From a virus (taxonomy: Duplodnaviria; Caudoviricetes), in the IMG/VR virus record IMGVR_UViG_3300047159_000046: a stretch of 64,000 nucleotides of DNA. One strand, written 5' to 3'. Below the pieces are notes generated by a model that saw only the letters and a list, made by a program, of their open reading frames with translations, searched no databases and was not told the origin of the DNA. Position 1 is the stretch's first letter; every line of letters begins with the position of its first letter. The position numbers were made by a program, and so were the translations under genes. Below are positions 21,369 to 32,078 of this stretch, in pieces.

Positions 21369-21682
21369 TCAATTACATAAAAATATCATGTGTACCAAAA
21401 ATAAACTGTTATCTCTCGGTTTTACAGATGATGAAATCAACAATGCCAGATAGACATATCAAAAGAGAGGATCAACGGAAAGATGCATACAAAGGAATTG
21501 AATATATATCTGGACCATACTTTCAATGATGACAAACAGATATGCAAAAAGATGTGGTTTCACCTGTATATGGGCAATAACTATTCACAATATTACATGA
21601 TGACACTGGATGGAGACAAGTTGCATCGTTCTTTGTTCTCCGTTCATAAATCAGCTTTTTTAAATTTCAATATAAAATAAAT

Positions 21683-21946
21683 ATGACCAGAAAATTAGAT
21701 TTGGAAGAAGGAGATATTCTGACAACACCATCAGGAACTCAATACAAGTTAATGCAGACGTCAATCGAATACAGGGAATATGGCATAGTTCACAATGATG
21801 GTTGGCGCAAACAGAGAACCATAAAGCAGTACATCAGAAACAATGAGAAACAACTGCTGATAGGATTCGCATTTGGTATGACATTGACCTTCGCTGTATG
21901 TATAACAATATACCTGTGCTTTTTGAGAAAGAAGAATAAGGAATAA
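21683..21946 (+). CDS. small membrane protein
   Basis: C-terminal TM helix. Confidence 0.65.
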   Translation: MTRKLDLEEGDILTTPSGTQYKLMQTSIEYREYGIVHNDGWRKQRTIKQYIRNNEKQLLIGFAFGMTLTFAVCITIYLCFLRKKNKE

Positions 21947-21954
21947 TAAGAATT

Positions 21955-22728
21955 ATGGTAAAAATAATCAGCAAAATAGAATCTTTGTTTTCACAAGAAT
22001 CTGCAGATGATGTCGATAATGTGGAACCACAATCTGAAAATAGCGAATCGGGAATTTCTGGTTATAGGATTTATAGTCCTTCTCAAAAAAGAAGAACAAT
22101 GATAAATGAGTTGCCAGAGTTTTATCCAGACTTTCCCGAAGATAAATATGATATCATTTATTGCGATCCTCCTTGGGACTACGGAGGCAAAATGCAATTT
22201 GATAAATCAAGCAAAAAATCTGAAAATAAAAATTGGCAAAGGAATATTTTTATCAGCGCAGCCAATTTCAAATATCCCACAATAAAAACGAAAATAATGG
22301 AGAAACTCCCTGTTCAAGATATATGTGCAGATGATTGTCTTTTGTTTATGTGGGTTACCAATCCTCATCTGGCCCAAGGAATAGAATTAGGCCTGTCATG
22401 GGGATTTGAATATAAAACCGTTGGTTTTGTATGGGATAAGTGCAATCACAATCCAGGACAATATACACTATCTAATTGTGAATTGTGTCTGATTTTCAAA
22501 AAAGGAAAAATTCCCACTCCGAGAGGGTCTCGAAATATTCAGCAATTAGTTAGGATTCCAAGAACCGAGCATAGCAGGAAACCAATAGAAGTACTTCACA
22601 AAATAGAAGAGATGTTTCCGACACAAAAGAAAATTGAATTATTTGCACGGCATAAACCATTAGGTTGGGATGTGTGGGGACTGGATGTAAGAGAGGAGAC
22701 CAATAAAGACAAAAACAAACCAGTATGA
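21955..22728 (+). CDS. MT-A70 family adenine methyltransferase
   Basis: IIYCDPPW, LFMWVT, HSRKP, IELFAR, GWDVWG motifs. Confidence 0.92.
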   Translation: MVKIISKIESLFSQESADDVDNVEPQSENSESGISGYRIYSPSQKRRTMINELPEFYPDFPEDKYDIIYCDPPWDYGGKMQFDKSSKKSENKNWQRNIFISAANFKYPTIKTKIMEKLPVQDICADDCLLFMWVTNPHLAQGIELGLSWGFEYKTVGFVWDKCNHNPGQYTLSNCELCLIFKKGKIPTPRGSRNIQQLVRIPRTEHSRKPIEVLHKIEEMFPTQKKIELFARHKPLGWDVWGLDVREETNKDKNKPV

Positions 22729-22898
22729 TAAAAATATTTAAATTTATATTCAAAACAACAGTGATGATATTGCTCATGATTATTGGTGGAATCTCACTGA
22801 CAATACACATGCTAATAATAATAGCAACATCTTTTTTTGAAGATCTAAAAGATAACATAAATGAACTAATGAATAAAGACAAAAACAAAGAAGTATGA
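22725..22898 (+). CDS. small membrane peptide (57 aa, not in ORF track)
   Basis: MIKIFKFIFKTTVMILLMIIGGI...; ATGA overlap with upstream stop. Confidence 0.65.
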   Translation: MIKIFKFIFKTTVMILLMIIGGISLTIHMLIIIATSFFEDLKDNINELMNKDKNKEV

Positions 22899-23050
22899 TA
22901 ACGATATTCAACACAACAGTGATGATATTACTAATGATTATTGGGATTGCGCTAACAATACGCATACTAATAATGATGTCAAAATGGTTTCTTGTGGATC
23001 TAAAAGAATTAATAGATAATATCAAGAGACTAAGAAACAAAGACAAATAA
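22895..23050 (+). CDS. small membrane peptide paralogue (51 aa, not in ORF track)
   Basis: MITIFNTTVMILLMIIGI...; tandem duplicate of 22725-22898. Confidence 0.65.
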   Translation: MITIFNTTVMILLMIIGIALTIRILIMMSKWFLVDLKELIDNIKRLRNKDK

Positions 23051-23333
23051 AAACAAAATAAAAAAAAGAACCAGAATGAACACGTTAGAACAATTTTTTC
23101 AAAGCAGCTTTTTTATAGGAAACCTAAGAGCATGGATTTTCTGTATCACGGTAATGGTAAGTGCGCTCACTCTTTACTGTATCATGAAGCTATTCAGATT
23201 TATAATGACAAAAATGCTTGAGTTTTAACAACAAAAAAAACAAACAAAATGATAGAACAAAAGAAAATTGAATCATCAATAGAGTTTAAATCATCAACCG
23301 AGTTATATTATGATTCAGTAATAAAAATGATTA

Positions 23334-23798
23334 TTGAAAACAATGACAACAATTCTAATTCAAACAATTAATAATATGGATATAGATGTTTTATTCAGTT
23401 TCAACAGTGAGACTGGTACTGCAGAACAGGCCTGTGCCATTGATAAATGGGCCAAGGAGAACGAAATCGTGTGCAAGTTCAATGACAACAGCATGGACAA
23501 CGGAACACTGCACATAGACAACATGTCAAACAACTGCAATTCTATAACTGAGTTACTGTCAGATGCAGACAAGTATGTCCTAAGGCACTCACCGCATTTC
23601 ATGAAAGACAAGACTGGAATAACTGAGACATTCAGTCTGGATTCGTGCCTTGACAATGAACTGGAAACAGACAACACTGAGATTATAGTGTCCTCAAAAT
23701 ATACCGTACCTAAAGATGAGCGGCAGTGGCAGGGACAGCAACGGCTGATAGCAGTATTCAGAACAGTGGTGCGACATAATGATACAGAAGAGTCATAG
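23334..23798 (+). CDS. hypothetical protein
   Basis: ORF; start uncertain. Confidence 0.65.
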   Translation: MKTMTTILIQTINNMDIDVLFSFNSETGTAEQACAIDKWAKENEIVCKFNDNSMDNGTLHIDNMSNNCNSITELLSDADKYVLRHSPHFMKDKTGITETFSLDSCLDNELETDNTEIIVSSKYTVPKDERQWQGQQRLIAVFRTVVRHNDTEES

Positions 23799-23899
23799 AC
23801 ACATGTTTCAAAGAAATATTTTATAAAAATAATTCAAATGACTTTTTGTTGTTTGAATTATTTTTTTTATCTTTGTGTAACAGAATAAATAACAATTAT

Positions 23900-24763
23900 A
23901 TGAGCAGAATAAGACCATGCATCAAATGGAGCGGTTCCAAAAGGAGCCAGAGCGAGGAAATAGTGAAGCGTATTGACATACAGGACGGAGGAACATATTA
24001 TGAACCATTCCTTGGCGGAGCAAGCGTTTTCATGCAACTGTACAAGGACAAGGAAAAGAATTCCAAAATAAGCAGATTCATTCTAAGCGATTATGATCTT
24101 GGACTTATGAACCTATGGTTTGCCGTAAGGGATGATTACGAGGACGTTTACAAAAAATACAAATCGGAATGGAACATTCTAAAAGGAATCGACAATTGGA
24201 CCGACAAACGTACCCGTTACGAAAGGATAAGAGAAGAGTACAACAGACTAAGGGAACCAGCATTGTTCATGTTCATCATGAGAGTGACCACCAACGGAAT
24301 GCCAAGATACAATCAGAGCGGAGAATTCAACAATTCCCTGCACATACATCGTGACGGAATAAATCCAGAAGAACTGTTAAGCATCATGAAAGAATGGAGC
24401 GCAGTACTGAATGACAAAAGGGTAATTCTTAAAAGCGGTGATTATATAGATATCTGCAAGGACAACAAACAGGGAGATTTCATTTATATGGACCCGCCCT
24501 ATGCACGCACAAAAGGAATGTACGAAGCGGAGGAATTCAACGCCGACAGATGGATGACATGGATGAAACAGGATGTCCGATGCAGTTATATGTTCTCCTA
24601 TGACGGAATAAGCGGGAAACACGACAATACAGTTGACACGATAGATCCATCCCTGTATGATACACACGAATATCTTAAAAGCGGGAACTCCTCTTTTAAA
24701 AGAATTAGAATGTCCGACAGAGGTGCTATGGTTTATGAAAGTTTATACATAAAAAGAAAATAA
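23900..24763 (+). CDS. Dam/D12-class DNA adenine methyltransferase
   Basis: IKWSGSK, YYEPFLGGASV, RYN..GEFN, IYMDPPY motifs; promoter ~23868-23877. Confidence 0.92.
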   Translation: MSRIRPCIKWSGSKRSQSEEIVKRIDIQDGGTYYEPFLGGASVFMQLYKDKEKNSKISRFILSDYDLGLMNLWFAVRDDYEDVYKKYKSEWNILKGIDNWTDKRTRYERIREEYNRLREPALFMFIMRVTTNGMPRYNQSGEFNNSLHIHRDGINPEELLSIMKEWSAVLNDKRVILKSGDYIDICKDNKQGDFIYMDPPYARTKGMYEAEEFNADRWMTWMKQDVRCSYMFSYDGISGKHDNTVDTIDPSLYDTHEYLKSGNSSFKRIRMSDRGAMVYESLYIKRK

Positions 24764-24779
24764 CAAAAATAAAAAAAAC

Positions 24780-25463
24780 ATGAATATGAATTATATTAAA
24801 TTGATTTTTTGCTACTTGATTCCTGTTATATTAATATTGTTGCTGATTTACTCTATGTATGAAATCAGAAAAAACAAAGCACAAAAACATGATTTTATTA
24901 TAAAGAGCAGAATAATGCACATCTTAAAGACGGAAAAAAGTATTTTAAAAATAAAAACATATCAAAATGAATACATATACATTGACACAAACAACTATTC
25001 TTCCAATAACAGTTCAAGCTGTAAAGATGGAACACATAGCTGTGTAGAGGTAAAAGATAAAGGATTGATCTTACATATATCTACCAATAGTCAAAATATG
25101 TATATAAATAACGACTTAAACAATCATGGAATATCAATTATTTTGATAAAGATACCATACCAAAATATCAAATATATTGGAGGAATCATTGACAATGATA
25201 ACATATCAAAATGTATAGACATCAATATCCTAAAAGAGTTTATAACAGATTGTCAGTCAATAAACAGCGATCTATCTATAAGTTTTTACGGATGTAAAGA
25301 ATATACCATACCATCGCATTGCCTTTCTCAATTCATTACACAAATTGATAATGATACAATACGCATAACAAAAAGCAAATGGGAAACCATACAATTAGAT
25401 ACGGTTCAGTTTATATCCATGAAAGATAAATACAACAATTATATACAAATAAAAAATCAATAA
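24780..25463 (+). CDS. membrane-anchored hypothetical protein
   Basis: N-terminal TM helix. Confidence 0.7.
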   Translation: MNMNYIKLIFCYLIPVILILLLIYSMYEIRKNKAQKHDFIIKSRIMHILKTEKSILKIKTYQNEYIYIDTNNYSSNNSSSCKDGTHSCVEVKDKGLILHISTNSQNMYINNDLNNHGISIILIKIPYQNIKYIGGIIDNDNISKCIDINILKEFITDCQSINSDLSISFYGCKEYTIPSHCLSQFITQIDNDTIRITKSKWETIQLDTVQFISMKDKYNNYIQIKNQ

Positions 25464-25555
25464 AATAATACCAAGATGTTTGCATTTTTGCATTAGTAAA
25501 CTTCTGGTAAAAAATGATTGATTATATAAATTAAACAAAATAAATATTCAATTCT

Positions 25556-25924
25556 ATGGTAGTCGCATTTATAATAGTCATGATTATACTGATAGTTTCA
25601 ATAATCATGTGTTATCTATTAGAAAAAAGAGATAACAGGACATACGCACAAAACATGCGTCAAGCTCAGTATGAGGAACTGGTGGATATATGGAAAGGAC
25701 GGATCGAACGGTTTAAATGCGATAAAAGCAGAAAAGCAACATTGATGGTGTATATGAAAGACGGCAATATGTATTGTCTGTATATGCCATATTATAAAGA
25801 CGATTTATATATTGACATTGATGATAAATCATTCAACATCACTTGTTGCAGACAAAAGTATTCACCATATACAATGGTTATCATTTATTTTAGAAATGTA
25901 AAAACAATCAATATAACATATTAA
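25556..25924 (+). CDS. membrane-anchored hypothetical protein
   Basis: N-terminal TM helix. Confidence 0.7.
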   Translation: MVVAFIIVMIILIVSIIMCYLLEKRDNRTYAQNMRQAQYEELVDIWKGRIERFKCDKSRKATLMVYMKDGNMYCLYMPYYKDDLYIDIDDKSFNITCCRQKYSPYTMVIIYFRNVKTINITY

Positions 25925-25940
25925 TAAAACAAATTTTATA

Positions 25941-26471
25941 ATGGAAATCAAATTATCAAAACAGAGTGCTCTGGATACCATGTATCTGTATAATGTGGTA
26001 CAAATTCCCATATTAGAAGAACTGTATGACAAAATAAAGAATAAACTAACACTTCCTACCGTAATAGATATCAACGGAGATTTGGTCTTGGGAGTCATTT
26101 CCGACATCATACGCAACAAAGCCAAAAATATAAAGATATCCAAAGATAATCTTATTGCATCTCACTGTATATCCTATCAGCTTGACGAACAGGATATAAT
26201 GTTTTATGAAGACATAGAACAGACAATAACATCATATTTGATGGATATATTATATTCTCCGACAGGATATATCAACGACATTCCTATGCTCAAAAATGTA
26301 TCTATTGTTAATGTGGAAAAAGATGTAACCGATTTGGATAACAGCACTCCCAAAAACATGTTGATATCCGTACTTATGAATGAGTATAAATCGGAAATAA
26401 AATCCGCTTTGTTAGACAAAATAAAACAGACCATAACGGATTATAAAACTAATAAAGAGGAGAATAAATAA
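25941..26471 (+). CDS. hypothetical protein
   Basis: ORF. Confidence 0.7.
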   Translation: MEIKLSKQSALDTMYLYNVVQIPILEELYDKIKNKLTLPTVIDINGDLVLGVISDIIRNKAKNIKISKDNLIASHCISYQLDEQDIMFYEDIEQTITSYLMDILYSPTGYINDIPMLKNVSIVNVEKDVTDLDNSTPKNMLISVLMNEYKSEIKSALLDKIKQTITDYKTNKEENK

Positions 26472-26486
26472 CAAAAAGCATCAGCC

Positions 26487-26870
26487 ATGTCAACAGAAGA
26501 AATAAAAGCAGACACAGACAATCAGATAGTCAATCATATCATATCGGACCTGAATCGGATTAACATTCACTGTTCGGCATGTTCTGATGAGATATGTACA
26601 TTTTACTCGAACCAGAATGTAATTATAAGACTCTCCAATCAATATTGCAGATTGGATCAGTTCGTCAATGCATTCGGAATGGATATGTTTGACAAGAAGT
26701 TATTCAGCATAGTATTTTGTGATGACAATACTCCCAATTTCAAGTATTCCAACTTATATATCAAAGATGACAAACTTCCCTATTTAACAGTAGGTAATAA
26801 TATACCTGTTGACACTGGCCCCTTTTATGAAAAACTAAAAGCGGCAAAGCCCTTTGTGGCATTGTTTTAA
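26487..26870 (+). CDS. hypothetical protein
   Basis: ORF. Confidence 0.7.
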   Translation: MSTEEIKADTDNQIVNHIISDLNRINIHCSACSDEICTFYSNQNVIIRLSNQYCRLDQFVNAFGMDMFDKKLFSIVFCDDNTPNFKYSNLYIKDDKLPYLTVGNNIPVDTGPFYEKLKAAKPFVALF

Positions 26871-27337
26871 GATACAAGTATAGGATCTTTGTTAGGAACA
26901 ATTCTGTAAATTTTTGCGTGCCTTGTTTTGTCATTTTTATAAGGATCATCATATTTTCCACTTATCAGTGCCTTGTGAATGTTTAGATTTATGTACAACA
27001 AGTCTCTATCATGCAAAGTATCGCAATCATAAACAAACTGTAAGACCTCGAAAGGAGGAAGATTCCAATTTTCCATTTTCATATTCGTTTTGCATTCTTC
27101 TTTATCAAGAATAGCTTCTCCGTGTATAAAAGAGATCGCTATATTTACCGAAGAATACAACTTGGATATACGTTTTTTCCAATTCAATAAATGAGTGAGA
27201 TGGTTGGAAACTCTAAATTCAACTTTTTTATTTTCTATTTTTAAAATTTTGAAATAAGAATCCTTTTCCTTGTCAGATTTCTTTAATCTGTTATTATCTT
27301 TAATTATCCATACAGCAACATCCTTGTCCATTATCAA
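26867..27337 (-). CDS. hypothetical protein (FRVSNH motif)
   Basis: ORF convergent with 26487. Confidence 0.65.
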   Translation of the reverse strand: MIMDKDVAVWIIKDNNRLKKSDKEKDSYFKILKIENKKVEFRVSNHLTHLLNWKKRISKLYSSVNIAISFIHGEAILDKEECKTNMKMENWNLPPFEVLQFVYDCDTLHDRDLLYINLNIHKALISGKYDDPYKNDKTRHAKIYRIVPNKDPILVS

Positions 27338-27521
27338 TCGTATTTTATTAAAAAATAGTGTTTTATTTCAAAAAATGTTCTTTTATGGAATTATTTTCTA
27401 AAACAATTTTTCCATTATCTATTGATGAATAAATTCGGATTTTGTGTACAATTTATGCGTTAAAATTTGTTTATGTAATATAAATTTTGTATATTTGTAT
27501 TGCGTCAAACAAAGAAAAGAT

Positions 27522-28271
27522 ATGGTAAATTTCACGAGATTTGATTCAATAATAAGTCTGGCAAGCTATTTCAGCAATGAGGAGATTTGCCGTCAGTTCC
27601 TCAAAGAGCAGCGTTGGGGAAGCGTGGTGGTTTGTCCCTACTGCGGTTCGGTCCATGTGTATGCCTGTGGTGACGGAAAGAGATTCAAGTGTGATGGATG
27701 CGGAAACAAGTTCAGCGTGCTGGTTGGGACCATATTCGAGAACACCAAGCTGCCCCTCCGCAAATGGTTCATGGCTATGTACCTGCTGTCTTCGCACAAA
27801 AAAGGGGTGTCTTCCCATCAGATTGCAAGGGACATCGAGGTGACACAGAAAACCGCCTGGTTCATGCTCCACAAGATACGCACCCTGCTTGGTCAGGAGG
27901 ATAATGTTACGCTTGCTGACGAGGTGGAGTGTGATGAGGCCTACATGGGCGGAAGAGAGAAGAACAAGCACGAGAGCAAAAGGACGGAGGCCACACGAGG
28001 ACGCTCCACAAAGACCAAGACGCCCGTGTTCGGAATGGTGCAGAGAGGCGGGAAGGTAGAACTTCCCAATATTTTGTTTCTTGAAATTTACAGTGAAGTT
28101 AATAACAGAATACAGAATAGTAATTTATTCAAAGATGTCAATAAAAATGACAAAACAAAACAATTGGCAATCTCCCAATATGTGTATTCCGTAATAACAA
28201 TGCATTTGTGTACCGATATCAACACAAGTGACAAGATAACACAACATATTAAACAGCTACAGGGCAGTTAA
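27522..28271 (+). mobile_element. truncated IS1595-family (ISXO2-like) transposase fused in frame to unrelated AT-rich C-terminus
   Basis: CPYCG..FKCDGC Zn ribbon, GTIFENTKLPLRKWF, VTQKTAWFMLHKIR, VECDEAYMGG; GC-rich part stops at ~28058, later DDE residues absent. Confidence 0.85.
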
Positions 28272-28276
28272 AAATC

Positions 28277-28310
28277 AAGCGGAGGAGCGTAACAGTTTCT
28301 CCGCTTTTTT
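28277..28310 (+). terminator. intrinsic terminator AAGCGGAG..CTCCGCTTTTTT (cassette boundary)
   Basis: Similar hairpins at ~28917, 33940, 37054, 37632. Confidence 0.8.
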
Positions 28311-28339
28311 GTGTAAATATTTTGACATTGTTTTACGTC

Positions 28340-28354
28340 TGGCACGGTATTTGC
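28340..28354 (+). promoter_or_regulatory. sigma-54 (-24/-12) consensus site followed by G10
   Basis: TGGCAC-GGTAT-TTGC. Confidence 0.65.
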
Positions 28355-28413
28355 GGGGGGGGGGTAAATTCTTGAAATTTTGCAGATATTTATCAGTAAA
28401 ATAACAAAATAAT

Positions 28414-28911
28414 ATGAGAAGAATAAGACTAACGGAGGGACAGCTCCACAATGTAATAAGAGAATCTGTCAATAATATCTTGAACGAAATAACAAAGGAT
28501 CTAAAAAAGAAATGTATGGATAAATCCTACGATTTAGGAAGATATAGCCAAGGTTACAATTTTGCTGATAGTCTATCAAATGATTTGAATAATCAGTATG
28601 GTTATTCAAATAAAAGAGGTGAGCAGTATTTTGAACCTTCAAACACTGGAAGAATAAAAATGCGCAATAGAACTTATATGGACTCAGATAGAAGAAATTC
28701 GGATTGGTATGTAGATAAAGATGATTACCTATATGGTGATTCTGAGACCAAGTCCTTTGAAAAGTATTCTCCCGCATATGAAAAGATGTTTCGGCGTTGT
28801 CCTGATTACAAGGTTGACGCCCAACTAACCAGCGCAAGTAGGGATAATATTCCTTCATATAGAAACGGAAAACAGGAATTAGATAGGCTTTCCAATATAA
28901 CTTATGAATAA
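28414..28911 (+). CDS. leader-family protein (MRRIRLTEGQLHNVIRES), putative virion internal protein
   Basis: Shared leader; ATATTTAT motif upstream. Confidence 0.8.
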   Translation: MRRIRLTEGQLHNVIRESVNNILNEITKDLKKKCMDKSYDLGRYSQGYNFADSLSNDLNNQYGYSNKRGEQYFEPSNTGRIKMRNRTYMDSDRRNSDWYVDKDDYLYGDSETKSFEKYSPAYEKMFRRCPDYKVDAQLTSASRDNIPSYRNGKQELDRLSNITYE

Positions 28912-29011
28912 ATTTAAGGCGGAGGAGCTTAACAGTTTCCCCGCTTTTTTTGTGTATTCAAACCAATAATTAATCTTTTGTATCTATTTATATTTAAAAA
29001 GAATAATAAGT

Positions 29012-29545
29012 ATGAGAAGAATAAGATTGACAGAGGGACAGCTCCATCGAATAATCATAAACGCAGTCAACGAAGCAAAGAACAAAGGCGGAAATGGTTT
29101 CAATTCAAGAGAGGACATGAGAGAGTATCTGGACCAGTATGACAGAACATCACCTTATGCAGACAAGAGAGGTCCTTATGATAACGAAAATTTGGTATTC
29201 TATAATGATGGCAAAAGCAGGGTGCCAAACAGTGTAATACAGGATTCAAATGCTAAATTATATAAAAGACTGTCTTCCAAAGGTGGTCAGATGCAACACG
29301 ACTGGGAAGAAAACAAACCATTCTGGAGCGGAGCACATAAAGTAAAAGGCGATACCTATATAAACGGTTTTGAGCACGACAGAAATCTTGCCAATGCGGA
29401 TTATGATGTTCATAGAGCATATTTATCAGATGCGCCAGTAAAACCATACAACAGGGAATTTTACAGAGATCTGTATGTGGATCATGACGGCGATGATGAT
29501 GATTCTTATGAAAGTCCAATATTGAACGATTACGATTACAGATAA
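29012..29545 (+). CDS. leader-family protein (MRRIRLTEGQLHRII)
   Basis: Shared leader, acidic tail; TATTTATA upstream. Confidence 0.8.
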   Translation: MRRIRLTEGQLHRIIINAVNEAKNKGGNGFNSREDMREYLDQYDRTSPYADKRGPYDNENLVFYNDGKSRVPNSVIQDSNAKLYKRLSSKGGQMQHDWEENKPFWSGAHKVKGDTYINGFEHDRNLANADYDVHRAYLSDAPVKPYNREFYRDLYVDHDGDDDDSYESPILNDYDYR

Positions 29546-29565
29546 CCATAATCATATATAATGAA

Positions 29566-29603
29566 AAAAGCGGAAGAACAGATTATATTCTTCCGCTTTT
29601 TTT
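29566..29603. terminator. bidirectional terminator
   Basis: AAAAAGCGGAAGAA..TTCTTCCGCTTTTT between convergent genes. Confidence 0.8.
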
Positions 29604-29622
29604 ATTATAATTATGGTCTATA

Positions 29623-30342
29623 TCACCATACCTCCACTTTGGTCAATTCCTCATTATCATACTCACATAGAACAGTTTCTCCATTAAAAGAATCAGCCTG
29701 TTCAATCTTATGGAATTCGGCATCACATTCATCATCATAATATATATATTTGGATAAATACAGTCCCAACATATATTCCAGTTTTGCAGAACCTTCTACT
29801 TCTATACATTTGATATCCTGTTGGGATAACATATAATCATACAGCAAAGACGTAAGCATTTTTGATACCATTTCTGTATTCCTTACAACAAGAAGAACAT
29901 ATAAAGCCTGTTTTGACATCATATTCTTTCGTTCTCCATTGGTTGTAATTTCCTTCAGGATATCTCTCAAAGAATTAGCATAATCTTTATCCATCAGATT
30001 GATAAGAATCTTTCCTTTTGTTGACCTTTTGATATGTTTCTTGTTGACAGAAAAAGTATTCTTATCTTTTTCAACCACAATAAAATCTCCCTCATCCTTT
30101 TCGGTATAAAAGCATACATCAAGATCCGTCAGATAAAATCCGTATTTATCCTTATGATATTTTGATAAGTCACATAGAACCTCAATGTCGTATTGTGATT
30201 CAAAGTCCAAAGAGCGATAGATATCATCATCATCATTGGGGTTGTCATTTGAAATCCAGCACTCATTCAAAAACATTTTCAAGTTATCAATAGGGATATC
30301 TTTTTTAATTAATATTTTACTCATATTTGTTTTATTTTTCAA
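29623..30342 (-). CDS. hypothetical protein
   Basis: ORF in operon. Confidence 0.75.
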   Translation of the reverse strand: MKNKTNMSKILIKKDIPIDNLKMFLNECWISNDNPNDDDDIYRSLDFESQYDIEVLCDLSKYHKDKYGFYLTDLDVCFYTEKDEGDFIVVEKDKNTFSVNKKHIKRSTKGKILINLMDKDYANSLRDILKEITTNGERKNMMSKQALYVLLVVRNTEMVSKMLTSLLYDYMLSQQDIKCIEVEGSAKLEYMLGLYLSKYIYYDDECDAEFHKIEQADSFNGETVLCEYDNEELTKVEVW

Positions 30343-30844
30343 AATGCGAACTCAAAGATTCCATGAAAAAATATAAATTTTTCATCCACATAAAAGTTTC
30401 CTTTGTTGGAGTAAACTCTACGATTGATGGATTGCTCCTGTCATCATTTATGGTTTCTTTTATATTGCCCTTATCAGTTAAAACATAGGATTGATACCTA
30501 TTATCCTCAACCGAAAGAAAAGAAATACCATTCTGGGCAACCTGTATGATTGGAAGTTTTGTCTTGTCCTCAAATATAGATGAAATATCAGGAAGAACCA
30601 TCTTAATATCGGAAGCAAAGACCTTCATTCCATAAGAAACGTCATATACAGCATCTTTCGGAAGTCCAACAGGATGCGTATTGGCAAGAATATTAAAATT
30701 CAAATCTTTATCCGATACGGAAATGAGCAGATTCGCAGATACATATTCCTTGTCTTTTACTATATGATATTTTGTTTCGCATTCATATATCATTCGATGA
30801 TTTTTCTCATTATCATCATATAATTTGATAAAAGAATATTTCAT
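30332..30844 (-). CDS. hypothetical protein
   Basis: ORF in operon. Confidence 0.75.
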   Translation of the reverse strand: MKYSFIKLYDDNEKNHRMIYECETKYHIVKDKEYVSANLLISVSDKDLNFNILANTHPVGLPKDAVYDVSYGMKVFASDIKMVLPDISSIFEDKTKLPIIQVAQNGISFLSVEDNRYQSYVLTDKGNIKETINDDRSNPSIVEFTPTKETFMWMKNLYFFMESLSSHFEK

Positions 30845-30853
30845 TTTCCGATT

Positions 30854-32074
30854 TTAATCTTCAATAAAAGCGGACATATACTCACCTGCAGTACTATCTG
30901 TGTTAATATTCAGACTCAGTTCGGTTGGGAAAAACTTATCATTTTTTCCATCTACTATAAGAATTCCAAGTCTGTCCGAAGTTTTTAATTCTGTATTCAT
31001 TACCAAACGGATATCTCCATTATCCATATCGTCAATATAGTTTAATATATTATAATACCAATTATCAAATCCCTTGACAGTTGGCTTGAAAATGTTTCTT
31101 ATGTTTGAAAAATCCATTTTAAAATTGTCTGGGGTATGGAAAGCATCTTCTATATCCATACTCTTTATTCCATATTCGTTGGAATTCTTCCAAAACGAAT
31201 TCAATTCAACCAGTGAAGCAGAACCTATTTCGTTATCAGAAAGCATTCCATATACATCCATGGCATGATCTATTCCATAAACGCATCCTATTTTCTTAAA
31301 CCATGAATCATATTCCTTTTTAAAATCACCTATATCTTTTATCAATTCCTTTTTAAAACGACAATGTATCAAATCCCCGAACAGATGTTTAAAACAGTTC
31401 ATCTTGTTTTTTCCTACAATTTCCTGTTTCTCCATTTCCGAGCCTATTTCATTATCTGTTAAAACTTCTTTGATATTAAATTTGTTTTCACCTATGCAAT
31501 ATCCATATAGGTCCTCAAATTTGTATCTGTCATCGTTGATTCTCACCACCTCATTGATATTGTCAATTGTCATTTCAATTCCATATTGATATTCATTATG
31601 TAGCAACTCGTCATAATGTCTAAAAAAAACATGAATAGGAGCCTGTTTGCTCAAAGTGATATTGTCAATATACATTGCATGAACATCACTTTTTGTCATT
31701 GATACGGATTTTGCATTTGCCGAACTGTACCACTTGTTCCATAATTCTGCAAAATTGCTATTCTTTTTATCCGCATAATGATATATTTTCTGTGTGGTGA
31801 TGCTTTTTCCATTAACAAGATTATTGACAGAAATAGACAGACGAAGTGCAGAATCTTTTATGTCCTCTTCATTTTGTTCCATAACAACCTTTATGGAAGT
31901 ATATACATCATAAAATTGAATGGTAAGAGTGTTTTCGGAGGAATCTAATATTTTCAATCTAAAATCAGCAGACACTTCCCTGCGTATGTTTTTCAGCATA
32001 TTCTGTATATCAGATAAAAATCCTATACTCTTGAATGTTTCAACCATGTTTTCTGTATTATTCATTTGTGTCAT
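30854..32074 (-). CDS. hypothetical protein (paralogue of 32079-33362)
   Basis: Shared FAELWNKW/AEDFWNKY and PIHVFFRHYDEL/PVLFHVRHSDEL motifs. Confidence 0.8.
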   Translation of the reverse strand: MTQMNNTENMVETFKSIGFLSDIQNMLKNIRREVSADFRLKILDSSENTLTIQFYDVYTSIKVVMEQNEEDIKDSALRLSISVNNLVNGKSITTQKIYHYADKKNSNFAELWNKWYSSANAKSVSMTKSDVHAMYIDNITLSKQAPIHVFFRHYDELLHNEYQYGIEMTIDNINEVVRINDDRYKFEDLYGYCIGENKFNIKEVLTDNEIGSEMEKQEIVGKNKMNCFKHLFGDLIHCRFKKELIKDIGDFKKEYDSWFKKIGCVYGIDHAMDVYGMLSDNEIGSASLVELNSFWKNSNEYGIKSMDIEDAFHTPDNFKMDFSNIRNIFKPTVKGFDNWYYNILNYIDDMDNGDIRLVMNTELKTSDRLGILIVDGKNDKFFPTELSLNINTDSTAGEYMSAFIED

Positions 32075-32078
32075 TTTT

